DNA of 64,000 nt from Octopus sinensis. Lineage: Eukaryota. Positions within the stretch are counted from its first letter, which is position 1, and the number at the start of each line of letters is the position of its first letter. The translations under genes were made by a program, and so were the position numbers. Shown here in pieces: positions 26,101-39,594 of this stretch. Under the pieces are notes generated by a model. That model was not told the DNA's origin. It did no database searches and was given only the letters and a program-made list of their open reading frames with translations. The DNA is taken from contig NC_043019.1 in NCBI RefSeq assembly GCF_006345805.1, positions 14,631,360-14,695,359 of the forward strand, given 5' to 3'.

Positions 26101-28305
26101 CTGACACAGACAAATTACAGCCCAAACACCACTACAGAACAGGTACCCTCAGAGAGCACAGTGAAGCAGACACGAGTACATACCAGTCACAACTACAGCC
26201 TAAACACCCCTACTACATCCTAGACACTACGATTTCATCTCAATCGAAGGAGAGGGGCTTTCTCCGTCCAGGTTGCGGATCCGTGGAATAAGCTGCCGGA
26301 CGAGATAGTGAAGATGCCGACGACCGCTCGGTTCAAAGTCTCCCTTGACCACAAATGGCCAGAACTCTTTGCAAAGAACACCACCCTGTACATAACTCCA
26401 TGTCCCCCTACATGGCCTTGCTTTTTGCTTTTTGAGCCCAAAAATTAACTTAACTTAACTTAATTTAACTACAGCCCTGATATGACTACAATCCAGACCC
26501 CACGACTACAACCCATGCACCACGATGAAAATAATTACAATACAATAAATACTCACGACGTCGAGATGCTGCTTTCTCCGGCCGTTCATGATATCGGCTT
26601 CTTTAGCCGAACTCTCTCTGCTCTGCTGGACAACCTTCTCCTCACATGATTTCTCAGCCGCTTTCCTCAGCCTATAAAGCTCTTTACTTTCATATTTCAG
26701 CCTTTTCTCGAGAGTGTACAGTCCCAGACAGGTCTCCGTCAATGTTTTCTGCTGTAGGTTTCTAATGAGTAGGGAAGTAAAATAAATTAAGTGGAGTTAC
26801 CTAATTGTAGGAAACATGGAGAGCAAACGCTGTGGACACATACGGTTTTCTGCTGTAGCAGCTTTTCTAGCGAATAGGAAAGTAAAATGAATTTAATAAA
26901 ATTAAATAATTGTAGGAAACAATAACCAAAGGCTCTGTAGGCACCCCCCCCCCACACGCACATGCTCATGTTGGGCAACGCCATACTGATTTCCAAAGCA
27001 AACAAGGAAGGCACAGACGTGTTATGACATCATTAGACTAACCTCCACGTCTAATTCGTTAAGAACAGACAGTAATACTTTTTACTCTCTTTTACTTGTT
27101 TCAGTCATTTGACTGCGGCCATGCTGGAGCACTGCCTTTAATCGAGCAACTCGACCCCGGGACTTATTCTTTTGTAAGCCCAGTACTTATTCTATCGGTC
27201 TCTTTTTGCCGAACCGCTAAGTGATGGGGACATAAACACACCAGCATCGGTTGTCAAGCAATGCTAGGGGGACAAACACAGACACATAAACGCATATATA
27301 TATATACATATATACGACGGGCTTCTTTCAGTTTCCGTCTACCAAATCCACTGACAAGGCTTTGGTCGGCCCAAGGCTATAGTAGAAGACACTTGCCCAA
27401 GGTGCCACGCGGTGGGACTGAACCCGGAACGATGTGGTTGGTAAACAAGCAACTTACCACACAGCCACTCCTACGCCTAGGTGGCAAAACAATGCAAAAC
27501 CCACCCTGCCTATGCTGGTATGGAAATAAACTATACATAATGGTGATAATGGTATACAGGCCTGCACTTAGACAAATGAGAAGTGTGTGTGTGTGTGTGT
27601 GTGTGTGCCCAGAGTTACCATTCTGCCAAACCAGACATATGTTTGGCTCTCTTCCAAAGAAAAGCAAACAAGATAAAAATCAAGCCAACGAGGAAGACTC
27701 TCTAAGTGGTCGTTCAATCTGCTATAAATAGCAGCCAAATTTCCGTTTTAATTGCACCCCATCATCTACATACAAAAAAGGATGTGTCAGATATAATGCA
27801 ATCCTTGTTTTACTGTGCAAAAAATAAAAATAAAAAGACAGGATGGTCATGGCTGGAATGCTCTGAGCACAAGTCTTCCTAATCAGAACTGATTTTAGGA
27901 GCTAATCAATGATGACAATAAGAATGATAACAACGATAACAATGATGAGGCAAAATTGGAATTTGTACAAAAGGAAGTAATAGAGAACAAAGTGGAATAT
28001 TCCAGATTCGTTGTATTAAATAGATTAATGAAAAAAAAAAACAAAAAAAAATAACGTCATTATTCCAGCCCCAAAAAAACAACAAAAAACAAACCGTACT
28101 CTCTTTTACTTGTTTCAGTCATTTGATTGTGGCCATGCTGGAACACCACCTTTAGTTGAGCAAATTGACCCCAGGACTTATTCTTTGTAAGCCTAGTACT
28201 TATTCCATCAGTCTCTTTTGCCGAACCGCTAAGTTACGGGGATGTAGACACACCAGCATTGGTTGTCAAGCGATGATGGGGGGACAAACACAGACACACA
28301 TGCAT

Positions 28306-28354
<49 letters not shown>

Positions 28355-28653
28355 CGATGGGCTTCTTTCAGTTTTCGTCTACAAGTGAGTGGATTTGGTA
28401 GGCAGAAACTGAAGGAAGCCCGTCATATATATGGGTGCGTGTGTGGGTGTGTGCTTGTGTCCATCCTCCCACCATTGCTTGACAACCGATGTTAGAGTGT
28501 TTACATCCCTGTAATTTAGCAGTTCAGCAAAAGAGACCGATGGAATAAGTACCAGGCTTACAAAGAATAATTCCTGGAGTCGATTTCTTTGACTAAAAGG
28601 TGGTGCTCCAGCATGGCTGCAGTCAGATGACTGAAACAAATAATAGAATAAAA

Positions 28654-28692
<39 letters not shown>

Positions 28693-28778
28693 GAAATGAG
28701 GTAATCAGAAGATTGGATAGTTTATATTTACAGATATTTATTTATATATTACATTTTTTACATATATATCATATCATT

Positions 28779-28815
<37 letters not shown>

Positions 28816-30780
28816 GATAAATTAATAAATAAATAAATTAATTAATAAATAAAACATATGCATATATACATACATATATGTACGTACCTACCTCTACATG
28901 TATATATACATGCATATATGGGTACAGGACACCAAAAAAACGTCGAACACAGTGAGAAACGAAAACATAAACACAAAACCAAGGAACTGGACATTTTTCT
29001 TAAACAATGAAAAAATAGAGTACAGGAGAAATAACACAAGGAAAATTCCCCTTCTTCAGTTGCTCCTTCGCCGTTCTCAAAAATAGCGTTCATAATACTT
29101 TATCTCGTTCGGCTTAACAGCCCTTCTTGTCTTGTTATTCTCCTTGTCCTGTCTTTTACTGTTTATATTTTGTAGTCGTTACTGTCCTGTTTTTGTTACC
29201 ATTTTTACCCCTCCGCAAAAAAATCTCAAATTTTATTTAATTTGCTTTACGCGGGAAGGAAAGTTTCTATCGAAGATGCGTATCGCCTTCACCTTCAAAA
29301 TGCAAAGTAGGTGAAACCATGGCGACTAAAGAAGGGGAATTTTCCTTGTGTTATTTCTCCTGTACTCTATTTTTTCGTTGTTTAAGAAAAATGTCCAGTT
29401 CCTTTGTTTTGTGTTTATGTTTTCGTTTCTCATTGTGTTCGACGTTTTTTTGGTGTCCTGTACCCATATATGCATGTATATATACATGTAGAGGTAGGTA
29501 CGTACATATATGTATGTATATATGCATATGTTTTATTTATTAATTTATTATATGACGGAACGCACGCATCCATTTCTAAGTAAGATTGTTCTTCTATATA
29601 TATATATAGCAAGAGAGAGAGATACACACACCGTGCATACCACATGGTGTGTGTGTGTGTTCATGTTAGCTAAGCCCAGGTGGATGTAATGAAATAGTGA
29701 GGATAGGATGTAGTCAAACAGATAAGAGTGATAAAAAGAGTGAAAGAGGCTGTTTTTTGGTGGGTAATTCATATAAGTTTGTTATCAGTAAAGACTTTAG
29801 CAGTAATGTGCACAGTTCGTAGAAACGGAGATTGAGTGAAGCACGTGCAAGATATGCAACGCTGCATAGCAGTGAGGTTAGGGCACTGAACCTAGAGCAG
29901 TGCTTTTCAAAACTTTTTGCTGGAGTGGAACCCCAAGGAAACATTCCACTGGCTCGAGGAACCCTTGTGCAATAATTTAATAGTCTTATGCACACATATC
30001 TGCACAGGAGACTTAAAAATTACTGCTGATTTTAGCAGTTTTGTAACTTCTTGCAGAACCCCTGGACTGTACTGGCGGAACCCTAAGGTTCTGCGGAACC
30101 CTAGTTGAAAACCACTGACCTAGAGCATCCGTGGAGATTGGGAAGAAATAAAGGATGGCCTGTAGGATATGTAATGTTAAGGCAGAGCTCAGAGTGAACT
30201 GAGACAGTGGAGAGACATTAAAAATATGGGGATGGTTGGGTGGGAAGAAGCTTGCTTCCCTAAGGTGGCGAACTGGCAGAAACGCTAGCAGTATTTTGTC
30301 TGCCGTTACGTTCTGAGTTCAAATTCCGCCGTCGGTTCACAGGGAGCTCGTCCACTCTTTGACATGTCTTGTTTTCAGTCCTGCCGGGTGTCCACACACC
30401 CTCCTCCAAGCTACTCGGGTGACGAACAGAGTCAGATTTGTCACTGATATCTCAACCATGAAACAGGTAGTACTTGTTTCCATGGTAACCGTAGCAGGTC
30501 TCGTCCACCTGTGATGAGATCCCTGGGCTAAACTAACATCACATCTTTTAGTTTTAATTTCTTTTATTTGTTTCAGTCATAAGACTGTGGCCATACTGGG
30601 GCACTGCCTTGAATTTTTAGTCAAAAGAATTGACACTAGTATCTAATTATTTTAAGCCTGGTACTTATTCAATCAGTCTCTTTTGCTAAACCACTGAATT
30701 AAAGGAACATAAACACACCAACACAGGCTGTCAAGCAGTGGTGAGGTACAAACACAGACATTAAAACACACCTAACAAAA

Positions 30781-30814
<34 letters not shown>

Positions 30815-33800
30815 TAGCAGTATCGCCCGGCGTTGCTCAGGTTTGTAAGGGAAATAACTATAAAGCATTTTTAGAGAGTTATAGCCAAAAATAGCAAAAA
30901 AATGAAAAAAAATGATGGTAAATTTTTTTTTGAGAGTAAAAAAGGGTTGAGTTGCTCCCTAGACAGTCTGTGGTTTGTTTTTTTTATTCTCGACCCCATG
31001 TCGAATTTATCGATTTTTTTCAGAACTGGGGGAACTTTTCAAAATTTTCGCTGCGTTAGTTTTGAATTATGACATTGGGCTATGTGTGTGTCAAGTTTCA
31101 TCAGAATCGGTTGAAAGCCGTGGTCAGGGTGAGGGTACGAGAAAACAGACACACAGAAACACGCACAGACAAACTGCCGTTTATATAGAGAGAGATATAT
31201 ATATATAAAACTGAGAATGTGTGTCTGTCTGTCTGTCTGTCTGTGTGTTTCCCTAAAACTTGAGAACTACACAACCAATTTCATTCAAATTTTACACATG
31301 CCTTACTTAGGGTCCATGTTCAACTTCTTGCCTAGAGCGAGCCCATAGCAATATCATATCTTCTCCACTATTTCAGTATTACGTGTTAAAAGTGAAACAA
31401 AAATATTTCTCTATTTTATGTCAGATACTTTCACTTTAACAATAAAAATAATAATAACAATTGAATTATATGTAGTAAGTAATAATTAAAATCAAACTAA
31501 AGTATAATATAATCGCAACATAACAAAAGTAAAAATAGCAATTGGTATAAAATTGCATCAATGATTTGAACTTGAATAAGTGGTTTCACATGAATGGGAA
31601 TAAATTAAAAATAAAATTAGCGTGCAGAAATGGAATAGTCCAGATGGATAATAAAAAATTAAATTAAAGAAAAGACTATTGTCTATAAAGTATACAATGT
31701 AGAGAAAAAAGAAGAGCTAACAATTCCAGTCTGTTATATATTTTGAGTATTGTTATCACTAGCCATATCAAGATATATATTTGTATTTTGCATTTTATGT
31801 GTAGATGTATATATATAGATGTACATGTAATATGTACACATATATATACACATATATACATGCACTAGCACTATGACCCGGCAACGACGGGTCTTTAATG
31901 TTAGTATATATATATATATATACACACATAGACATGCATATGATAGGCTTCTTTCAGTTTCCGTCTACCAAATCCCCTCACAAAACTTTTGTCAACCCAA
32001 GGATATAGTAGAAGACACTTACCCCAGCTGCCACACAGTGGGACTGAATCCAGAACCATGTGGGAAGCAAGCTTCTTATGTCTTTATTGACCACAAGGGG
32101 CTAAACATAGAGGGGACAAACAAGGACAGACAAAGGGATTAAGTCGATTACACCGACTCCAGTGCATAACTGGCACTTAATTTATCGACCCCGAAAGGAT
32201 GAAAGGCAAAGTCGACCTCAGCGGAATTTGAACTCAGAACATAATGGCAGATGCAATACCACTAGGCATTTCGCCCGGCATGCTAATGTTTCTGCCAGCA
32301 TGCCTTGATCCATGCAGTTGATCAACTTATACAATGGGATGCATGAACTACTATTGATGAGAGCCTTTAAAACAAGGATCATATATACAGGGGCCATATA
32401 AACAAGGGCTATATAAATGGGGTCCACACGAACAGAGACCATATAAAGAGGGAAGGGACATCTTTTTAACTGTCATTTGTTTTAGTCAGTGGACTGTGGC
32501 CATGCTGGGGCATCACCTCGAAAGATTTAGTCAAACAAATTGGCTCCAGTACTTATTTACTTTCTTAAGTCTGATAGTTACTGTACTGGTGGCCTCTTCT
32601 GCCGAATCCCTAAGCTATGTGGATGAAAACAAACCAACACCGGTTATCAAGTGGTGAAGTGAGAGGACAAACAACACCCCACCGCCACACACACGCACAC
32701 ACACACAAACACGATGGGCTTCCATGCAGTTTCTGTCTACTAAATTCACTCACACGCCACTGGTCAGCTTTGGGCTATAGTAGAAAAACATTCGCCCGAG
32801 ATGTTGTGGATTGGGACTGAAGTCAAACCCACACAGCAACAATGCAACCCTAACCCTAACCACGCAGCCACGTCTGCACCTCGTGATAAAAGTGAAAGTT
32901 TTTAAATGTGGCACGGCTGCGTATCTCAACGCACCAGCTGACATGCCAAGGCATTTAACTTCCTAACGTGTTTGAAACAAGAGAATAAGGATCTCACAAA
33001 CTCTATGCTGTCCCTAACATAAGTAACACGTAAGACAAGGGGAAGGGATTTATACATAGTCGCTCAGTATAGACACAGGGGTGTTTGTGCTCCTTAACAA
33101 GCTAACACACTTGTGGGTGTCACGAAGACTACAAACCACCATACGGATATTCTGTTTGATCAGCTCTGCCTGTCGTTGGAGAAAACTGAGGGTGGCCCAA
33201 CATGACAAAAAGCATCATAAACAATGCTTAATTTGCCCAGATCTTGTTTGCAGTCCAGGTACGACGTCCGCAGTCACAACGGAACCGTTCACACCTCTCA
33301 TTTGCATAGTTACCACCACAAATAAACATATAAGTAAACAAACAGCATGACACCTTGGGCAAGTTTCTTCTACCATAGCCTTGTGAGTGGATCTGGTAGG
33401 TGGAAACTGAAGGAAGCCTGTCATATGTGTGTGTGTGTGGGTGCATGTATATATCTATGTGTGTGTGTCTGTGTGTCTATATATCTATGTATGTGTGTCT
33501 TTCTGAATATACATCTATGTGTGTGTCTGTGTGTATATATCTATGTGTGTGTCTGTGTGTATATATATCTATGTGTGTGTGTCTGTGTGTATATATTTAT
33601 GTGTGTGTGTCTGTGTGTCTATATATCTATGTATGTGTCTGTGTGTGTGTGTCTGTGTGTATATATCTATGTGTGTGTGTCTGTGTGTATATATCTATGT
33701 GTGTGTGTCTGTGTCTATACATCTATGTGTGTGTGTCTGTGTGTATATATCTATGTGTGTGTCTGTGTCTATACAGACATGTGTGTGTCTGTGTGAGTAT

Positions 33801-34230
33801 ATATCTATGTATGTGTGTCTGTTTGTCTCCCAACCACCGCTTGACAACCGTTGTTGGTGTGTTTATGTCCCTGTAAATTAGCAGTTCAGCAAAAGAGATC
33901 AATGGAATCACTACCAGGTTTTTAAAAAAAAAATACTAGGGTCAATACATTCGACTAAAAACCCTTCAAGGTGGTGCTCCAGCATGGCCACAGTTTAATG
34001 ACTAAGACAAGTAAAAGACGAAAGATAAACAAGTAAACAAATAAATAAATAAATAAATAGGTGTAGACATGGTTGTGTGGTTAAGGGGCTCGCTTTTGCA
34101 ACCACATCGTTTGCGGTTCAGTCCCACAGTGCAGCACCTTGAGCAAATATCTTCTACCACAACACTAATGTGTTGTGAGTGAATTTGACAGATGGAAATT
34201 GTGTGGAAGCCCACTGAATATATGCATGAT

Positions 34231-34262
<32 letters not shown>

Positions 34263-35393
34263 CCACTATCCAGTGACAACTAGTGTTGGTTTGTTTACAT
34301 CCCTGCAACTTAGAAGTTCGGCAAAAGAGCCCTATAGAATAACAACCAAACTTGAAAACAAGACAAAACGGAAAAGAAAAAGAAAAAAAGAAAGAAGTAA
34401 ACAAGTGCTGGGGTCGATTGCTCCAGCATTGCCACAGGCAAATGACTGAAACGAATAAATAATAATAATAATCCTCTCTAATGAAGACACAAGGCCTTGA
34501 AATTTTAGGGGAGGGGACTAGTTGATTACATTCGACCTCAGTATTTCACTGGCACTTAATTTATTGACCCCCGAAAGGATGAAAGGCAAAGCCGACCTCG
34601 GCAGAGTTTGAACTCAAAACCATAGTGATGGGCAAAATACAAATAATGATGATGATAATAATAATAATAAATAAATAAATAGGCGTAGGAGTGGCTGTGT
34701 GGTAAGTAGCTTGCTTACGAACCACATGGTTCTGGGTTCAGTCCCACTGCGTGGCACCTCGGGCAAGTGTCTTCTACTATAGCCTCGGGCCGACCAAAGC
34801 CTTGTGAGTGGATTTGGTAGACGGAAACTGAAAGAAGCCCGTCGTATATATGTATGTATATATATGTGTATGTGTGTATGTTTGTGTGTCTGTGTTTGTC
34901 CCCCCCAACATCGCTTGACAACTGATGCTGGTGTGTTTACGTCCCCATAACTTAGCGGTTCGGCAAAAGAGACTGATAGAATAAGTACTAGGCTTACAAA
35001 GAATAAGTCCTGGGGTCGATTTGCTCGACTAAAAAAAAGGCCGTGCTCCAGCATGGCCACAGTCAAATGACTGAAACAAGTAAAAGAGTAAAGAGTAAGA
35101 GTAAATGAATATAATTTTTTTGACACAGGTTGACTTACAGTCGAACAACAAACATGTAGGACTAAGAAACAAGAACACAGGTTATCACGTTAACAACAAC
35201 AACAGCAGCATGCATGCATGTAAATCCAAAGATACAGTAGCCGACAATGAGACTTGCGTTGATAGTTAAAAAACGATACTGACCGCAAAAGCAAGGTGTC
35301 GACCGAAGAATATTTTAAAAGACACGGAAAGAAAATTCTCACCAACCACCAAGAAGCTACCAAGCACCTACTGACAAGGTAGATCTAAAATAT

Positions 35394-35425
<32 letters not shown>

Positions 35426-35877
35426 GTTATAGTTGTTGGTTAGTTAGTTAGTATGTTGTCCTATAACTACAGGTAATGATATGGTTATATAAATAACTGC
35501 TCCACTGAAACCACACATTCTCCTACAATTACTAAACTTGTCTGTTTTTATTTCTTTACAATATACTACAACAACAACAACAATAGCAACAATGCAAAAC
35601 AATGTGCTTTGTTATTGTTGTCTCTGGATTTTTTTGACTTTTGTTGTTGTTGTTGTTATTGTTGTTGTTGATGTTTTTTGTGACTTTTTTTTTTGCTTTT
35701 TGCTCTGACTTATTTTGTTTTGTTTTGTTTATTTATTTGTATGTGTGAAAGCCTGATAAATGTACACAGAAAGATTAGGATGTTGTGTCTACATGGGTGA
35801 CTGCACATGTATGTGTGAGGGTGGGGAGAGAGAGAGGGGGGGAGAGGAATGTGTAGATATGTAAGTGAGAGAGTGAT

Positions 35878-35916
<39 letters not shown>

Positions 35917-36284
35917 AGTGAGAGAGAGAGACAGGCAGGCAGACTGACTGACTGACTGACAGTCTGAGAGAAAAGGAGAGAGAGAGAGAGAGAGAAAAGG
36001 AGAGAGAGAGAGAAAAGGAGAGAGAGAGGGAAAAGGAGAGAGAGAGGGAAAAGGAGAGAGAGAGAGAGAAAAAAGGAGAGAGAGAGAAAAGGAGAGAGAG
36101 AGGGAAAAGGAGAGAGAGAGAGAAAATGTAGTTATGTGTGTGAGAAAGTAATACTTGTATGTGTGTGGGAGACAAACAGAAAAGGGGAGAGCAAGAGAGT
36201 AAAGTTTGTCTACATTAGAGAGGGGGGGAGGGAGAGAGAAAAAGAATATGTGGGTGTGGGAGAGAGAGTAATACTTGTATGTGT

Positions 36285-36319
<35 letters not shown>

Positions 36320-36610
36320 AAAGAGAGCATAAGAGGAAGATGGAGCAAGAGAGGGGAAAGCAGAAAAGAGAGAGAGAGAGAGAGAGAGGTGTATGAGAGA
36401 GTAATACTTGTATGTGGTATAGAGAGAGAGAGAGAGAGAGAGAGAGGGGAGGGGAAGAATATGAAGGTATAAGTGTGAGAAAGTAATATTTGTATGAGTT
36501 TTGGAGACAGAGACAAAGACAAGAGAGAGAGGAGGGGGAGAGAGAGAGGAGGGGGAGAGAGAGAGGAGGGGAGAGAGAGAGGAAGGGGAGAGAGAGGAGG
36601 GGGGAGAGAG

Positions 36611-36644
<34 letters not shown>

Positions 36645-37636
36645 ATATGTGTGCATGAGAGGGAAAGTATGTGTATGAGATTTTGTGGTGGAAGAGAAGA
36701 AATTCTGAAAGGACAGACAGACAGACAGAGAGGGAGAGAGGGAGAGTGTTAAGCAAAACAAGGAAACCATGTTAAAAACAAAATTATATGTTTTGAGAAG
36801 AAATGCTTTTTTTAAAACTACGACATCTCGAATATTACAAGAGCATGGCCTAAGGGGGGGGGAGAAATAAAATTGGTATGTCTGCTACCAAAGAAATACA
36901 AAAACAATGGAGCGCCTGGAGCCGATTGGGTGAGAGACATTTACTACAAGTCCTTCAGCCAACATTGTTATATACAGCCCGACACCAATAGGTAAAGACC
37001 CCCTTCGGTCATGAGTGACCATGGGATTGCACCTAGAAAGTTACCCTCCTAGACACAAGTCTGGGCAAAGTTGTTTATGGAAGACCAGCAGTCGCCCATG
37101 CATACCAGCCTTCTCTCTCCACGCCACCAGTGTTATCCAAGGGAAAGACAAAGGTCGATACAGCTTGGCACCTGTGACGTCGCAACTCATTTCTACAGCT
37201 GAGTGAACTGGAGCAACGTGAAATAAAGTGCCTTGCTCAAGAACACAACACGCAGCCCGGTCCGGGATTCGAGCTCACAACCTCACGATCGTAAGCTCGA
37301 CGCTCTAACCACTGAGCCATGCGCCTTCACCCGACACCAATAAGTAAATAAATAAATAATGTTCATTTCTCGGTGTATACACATCATAAGGGAAAAGTTA
37401 TAATTTTGTTTGTAAGCCAGGTATATATAGACTACATATAGTGGCTGTGTGGTGAGCAGCTTGCTTACCAACCACATGGTTCCGGGTTCAGTCCCACTGC
37501 GTGGCACCTTGGGTAAGTGTCTTCTGCTATAGCCTCGGGCTGACCAAAGCCTTGTGAGTGGATTTGGTAGACGGAAACTGAAAGAAGCCCGTTGTATACA
37601 TATGTGTGTGTGTGTATATATATATATATATACATA

Positions 37637-37689
<53 letters not shown>

Positions 37690-38308
37690 GTCTGTGTGTG
37701 TGTGTGTGCTTGATGTCTGTGTTTATTCCCCCAACATTGCTTGACAACCGATGCTGGTGTGTTTACGTCCCCGTAACTTAGCGGTTCGGCAAAAGGGACC
37801 GATAGAATAAGTACTAGGCTTACAAAGAATAAGTCCCGGAGTCGATTTGCTCGACTAAAAGGCGGTGCTCCAGCATGGCCACAGTCAAATGACTGAAACA
37901 AGTAAAAGAGTAAAAGAGACGCAGGTATGGCTGAATGGTTAAGTAGATTGCTTTGCAGCCAGGTGGTTTCTGGTTCAGTCCCACTGCGTGACACTTTGGG
38001 CGCCAGGGCTGACCAATGCTTTGTGAATGAATTTGGTAGGCAAGAAACTCAAAGAAGCCTGTTGAGTGTGGGTGTGTGTGTGTGGGGGGGTGATTTTTCA
38101 CTCACCACCACTTGACAACCAGCGTTGGTTTGTTTGTGGCCCCATAACTAAGCGGTTGGCAAAAAGAGAGTGAAAGAATAAACTTCAAAATATATGTACA
38201 GGGGTTAATTTGTCTGACTTCGAAGTGGTGCCCCAGCATGGCCACAGACAATTGAGTAAGACAAGATAGAACACACACACACATATACACATATTCTTAT
38301 ATGTATAT

Positions 38309-38349
<41 letters not shown>

Positions 38350-38631
38350 GGAGTAAACACATAAATGTGAAACAAGGTGGAAAAAAGAGTACTCAAATAC
38401 CAGTGGTAGAGTAATATGCTTTATTTTAAGCAGCAGAAAATTCAACAAAATCTGTTACTCTGAGTTTCTCGTTGCCGTTCATCAGACAGTTTTTGCAAAA
38501 ACTGTCTGATGAACGGCAACGAGAAACTCAGAGTAACAGATTTTGTTGAATTTTTTGCTGCTTAAAATAAAGTATATATATATATATATATTTGAATGTG
38601 TGTGCGTGTAAGTGTGTGTATGTATGTATAT

Positions 38632-38668
<37 letters not shown>

Positions 38669-38886
38669 CACACACACACACATACATACATATACGTATA
38701 AGGAAACCCCTTAATTTGGGGGGCTTAAGATTTGGAAAAAAAGGTTTTGTAAAGGATTATAATACTATCCATGTATAAGAAACTCCCATATTTTTTAAAC
38801 CTAATGTTTAACAAAAAACGGTTCCTTATACACACTAAAATACAGTGTGTGTGTTTGTGTGTGTGTATATATAATATATATACATA

Positions 38887-38937
<51 letters not shown>

Positions 38938-39555
38938 GTCTGGTGTGTGTGTGTGCTTGATGTCTGTGTTTATTCCCCCAACATTGCTTGACAACCGATG
39001 CTGGTGTGTTTACGTCCCCGTAACTTAGCGGTTCGGCAAAAGGGACCGATAGAATAAGTACTAGGCTTACAAAGAATAAGTCCCGGAGTCGATTTGCTCG
39101 ACTAAAAGGCGGTGCTCCAGCATGGCCACAGTCAAATGACTGAAACAAGTAAAAGAGTAAAAGAGACGCAGGTATGGCTGAATGGTTAAGTAGATTGCTT
39201 TGCAGCCAGGTGGTTTCTGGTTCAGTCCCACTGCGTGACACTTTGGGCGCCAGGCTGACCAATGCTTTGTGAATGAATTTGGTAGGCAAGAAACTCAAAG
39301 AAGCCTGTTGAGTGTGGGTGTGTTGTGTGTGGGGGGGTGATTTTTCACTCACCACCACTTGACAACCAGCGTTGGTTTGTTTGTGGCCCCATAACTAAGC
39401 GGTTGGCAAAAAGAGAGTGAAAGAATAAACTTCAAAATATATGTACAGGGGTTAATTTGTCTGACTTCGAAGTGGTGCCCCAGCATGGCCACAGACAATT
39501 GAGTAAGACAAGATAGAACACACACACACATATACACATATTCTTATATGTATAT

Positions 39556-39594
<39 letters not shown>

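Noticed and set aside
26037-26291. Plus-strand ORF with a repeated LQPKH motif
   Set aside because: Starts inside a mariner MITE and ends in a CR1 fragment; only a short local duplication with no coding support.
29714-29995. Minus-strand ORF as an extra CEP350 exon
   Set aside because: Spans a hAT MITE, has no usable donor, and its composition is unlike the neighbouring exons.
30376-30466. Possible plus-strand antisense exon (ttttcag..CAG|gtagt)
   Set aside because: Weak donor, no partner exons found and no recognisable product.
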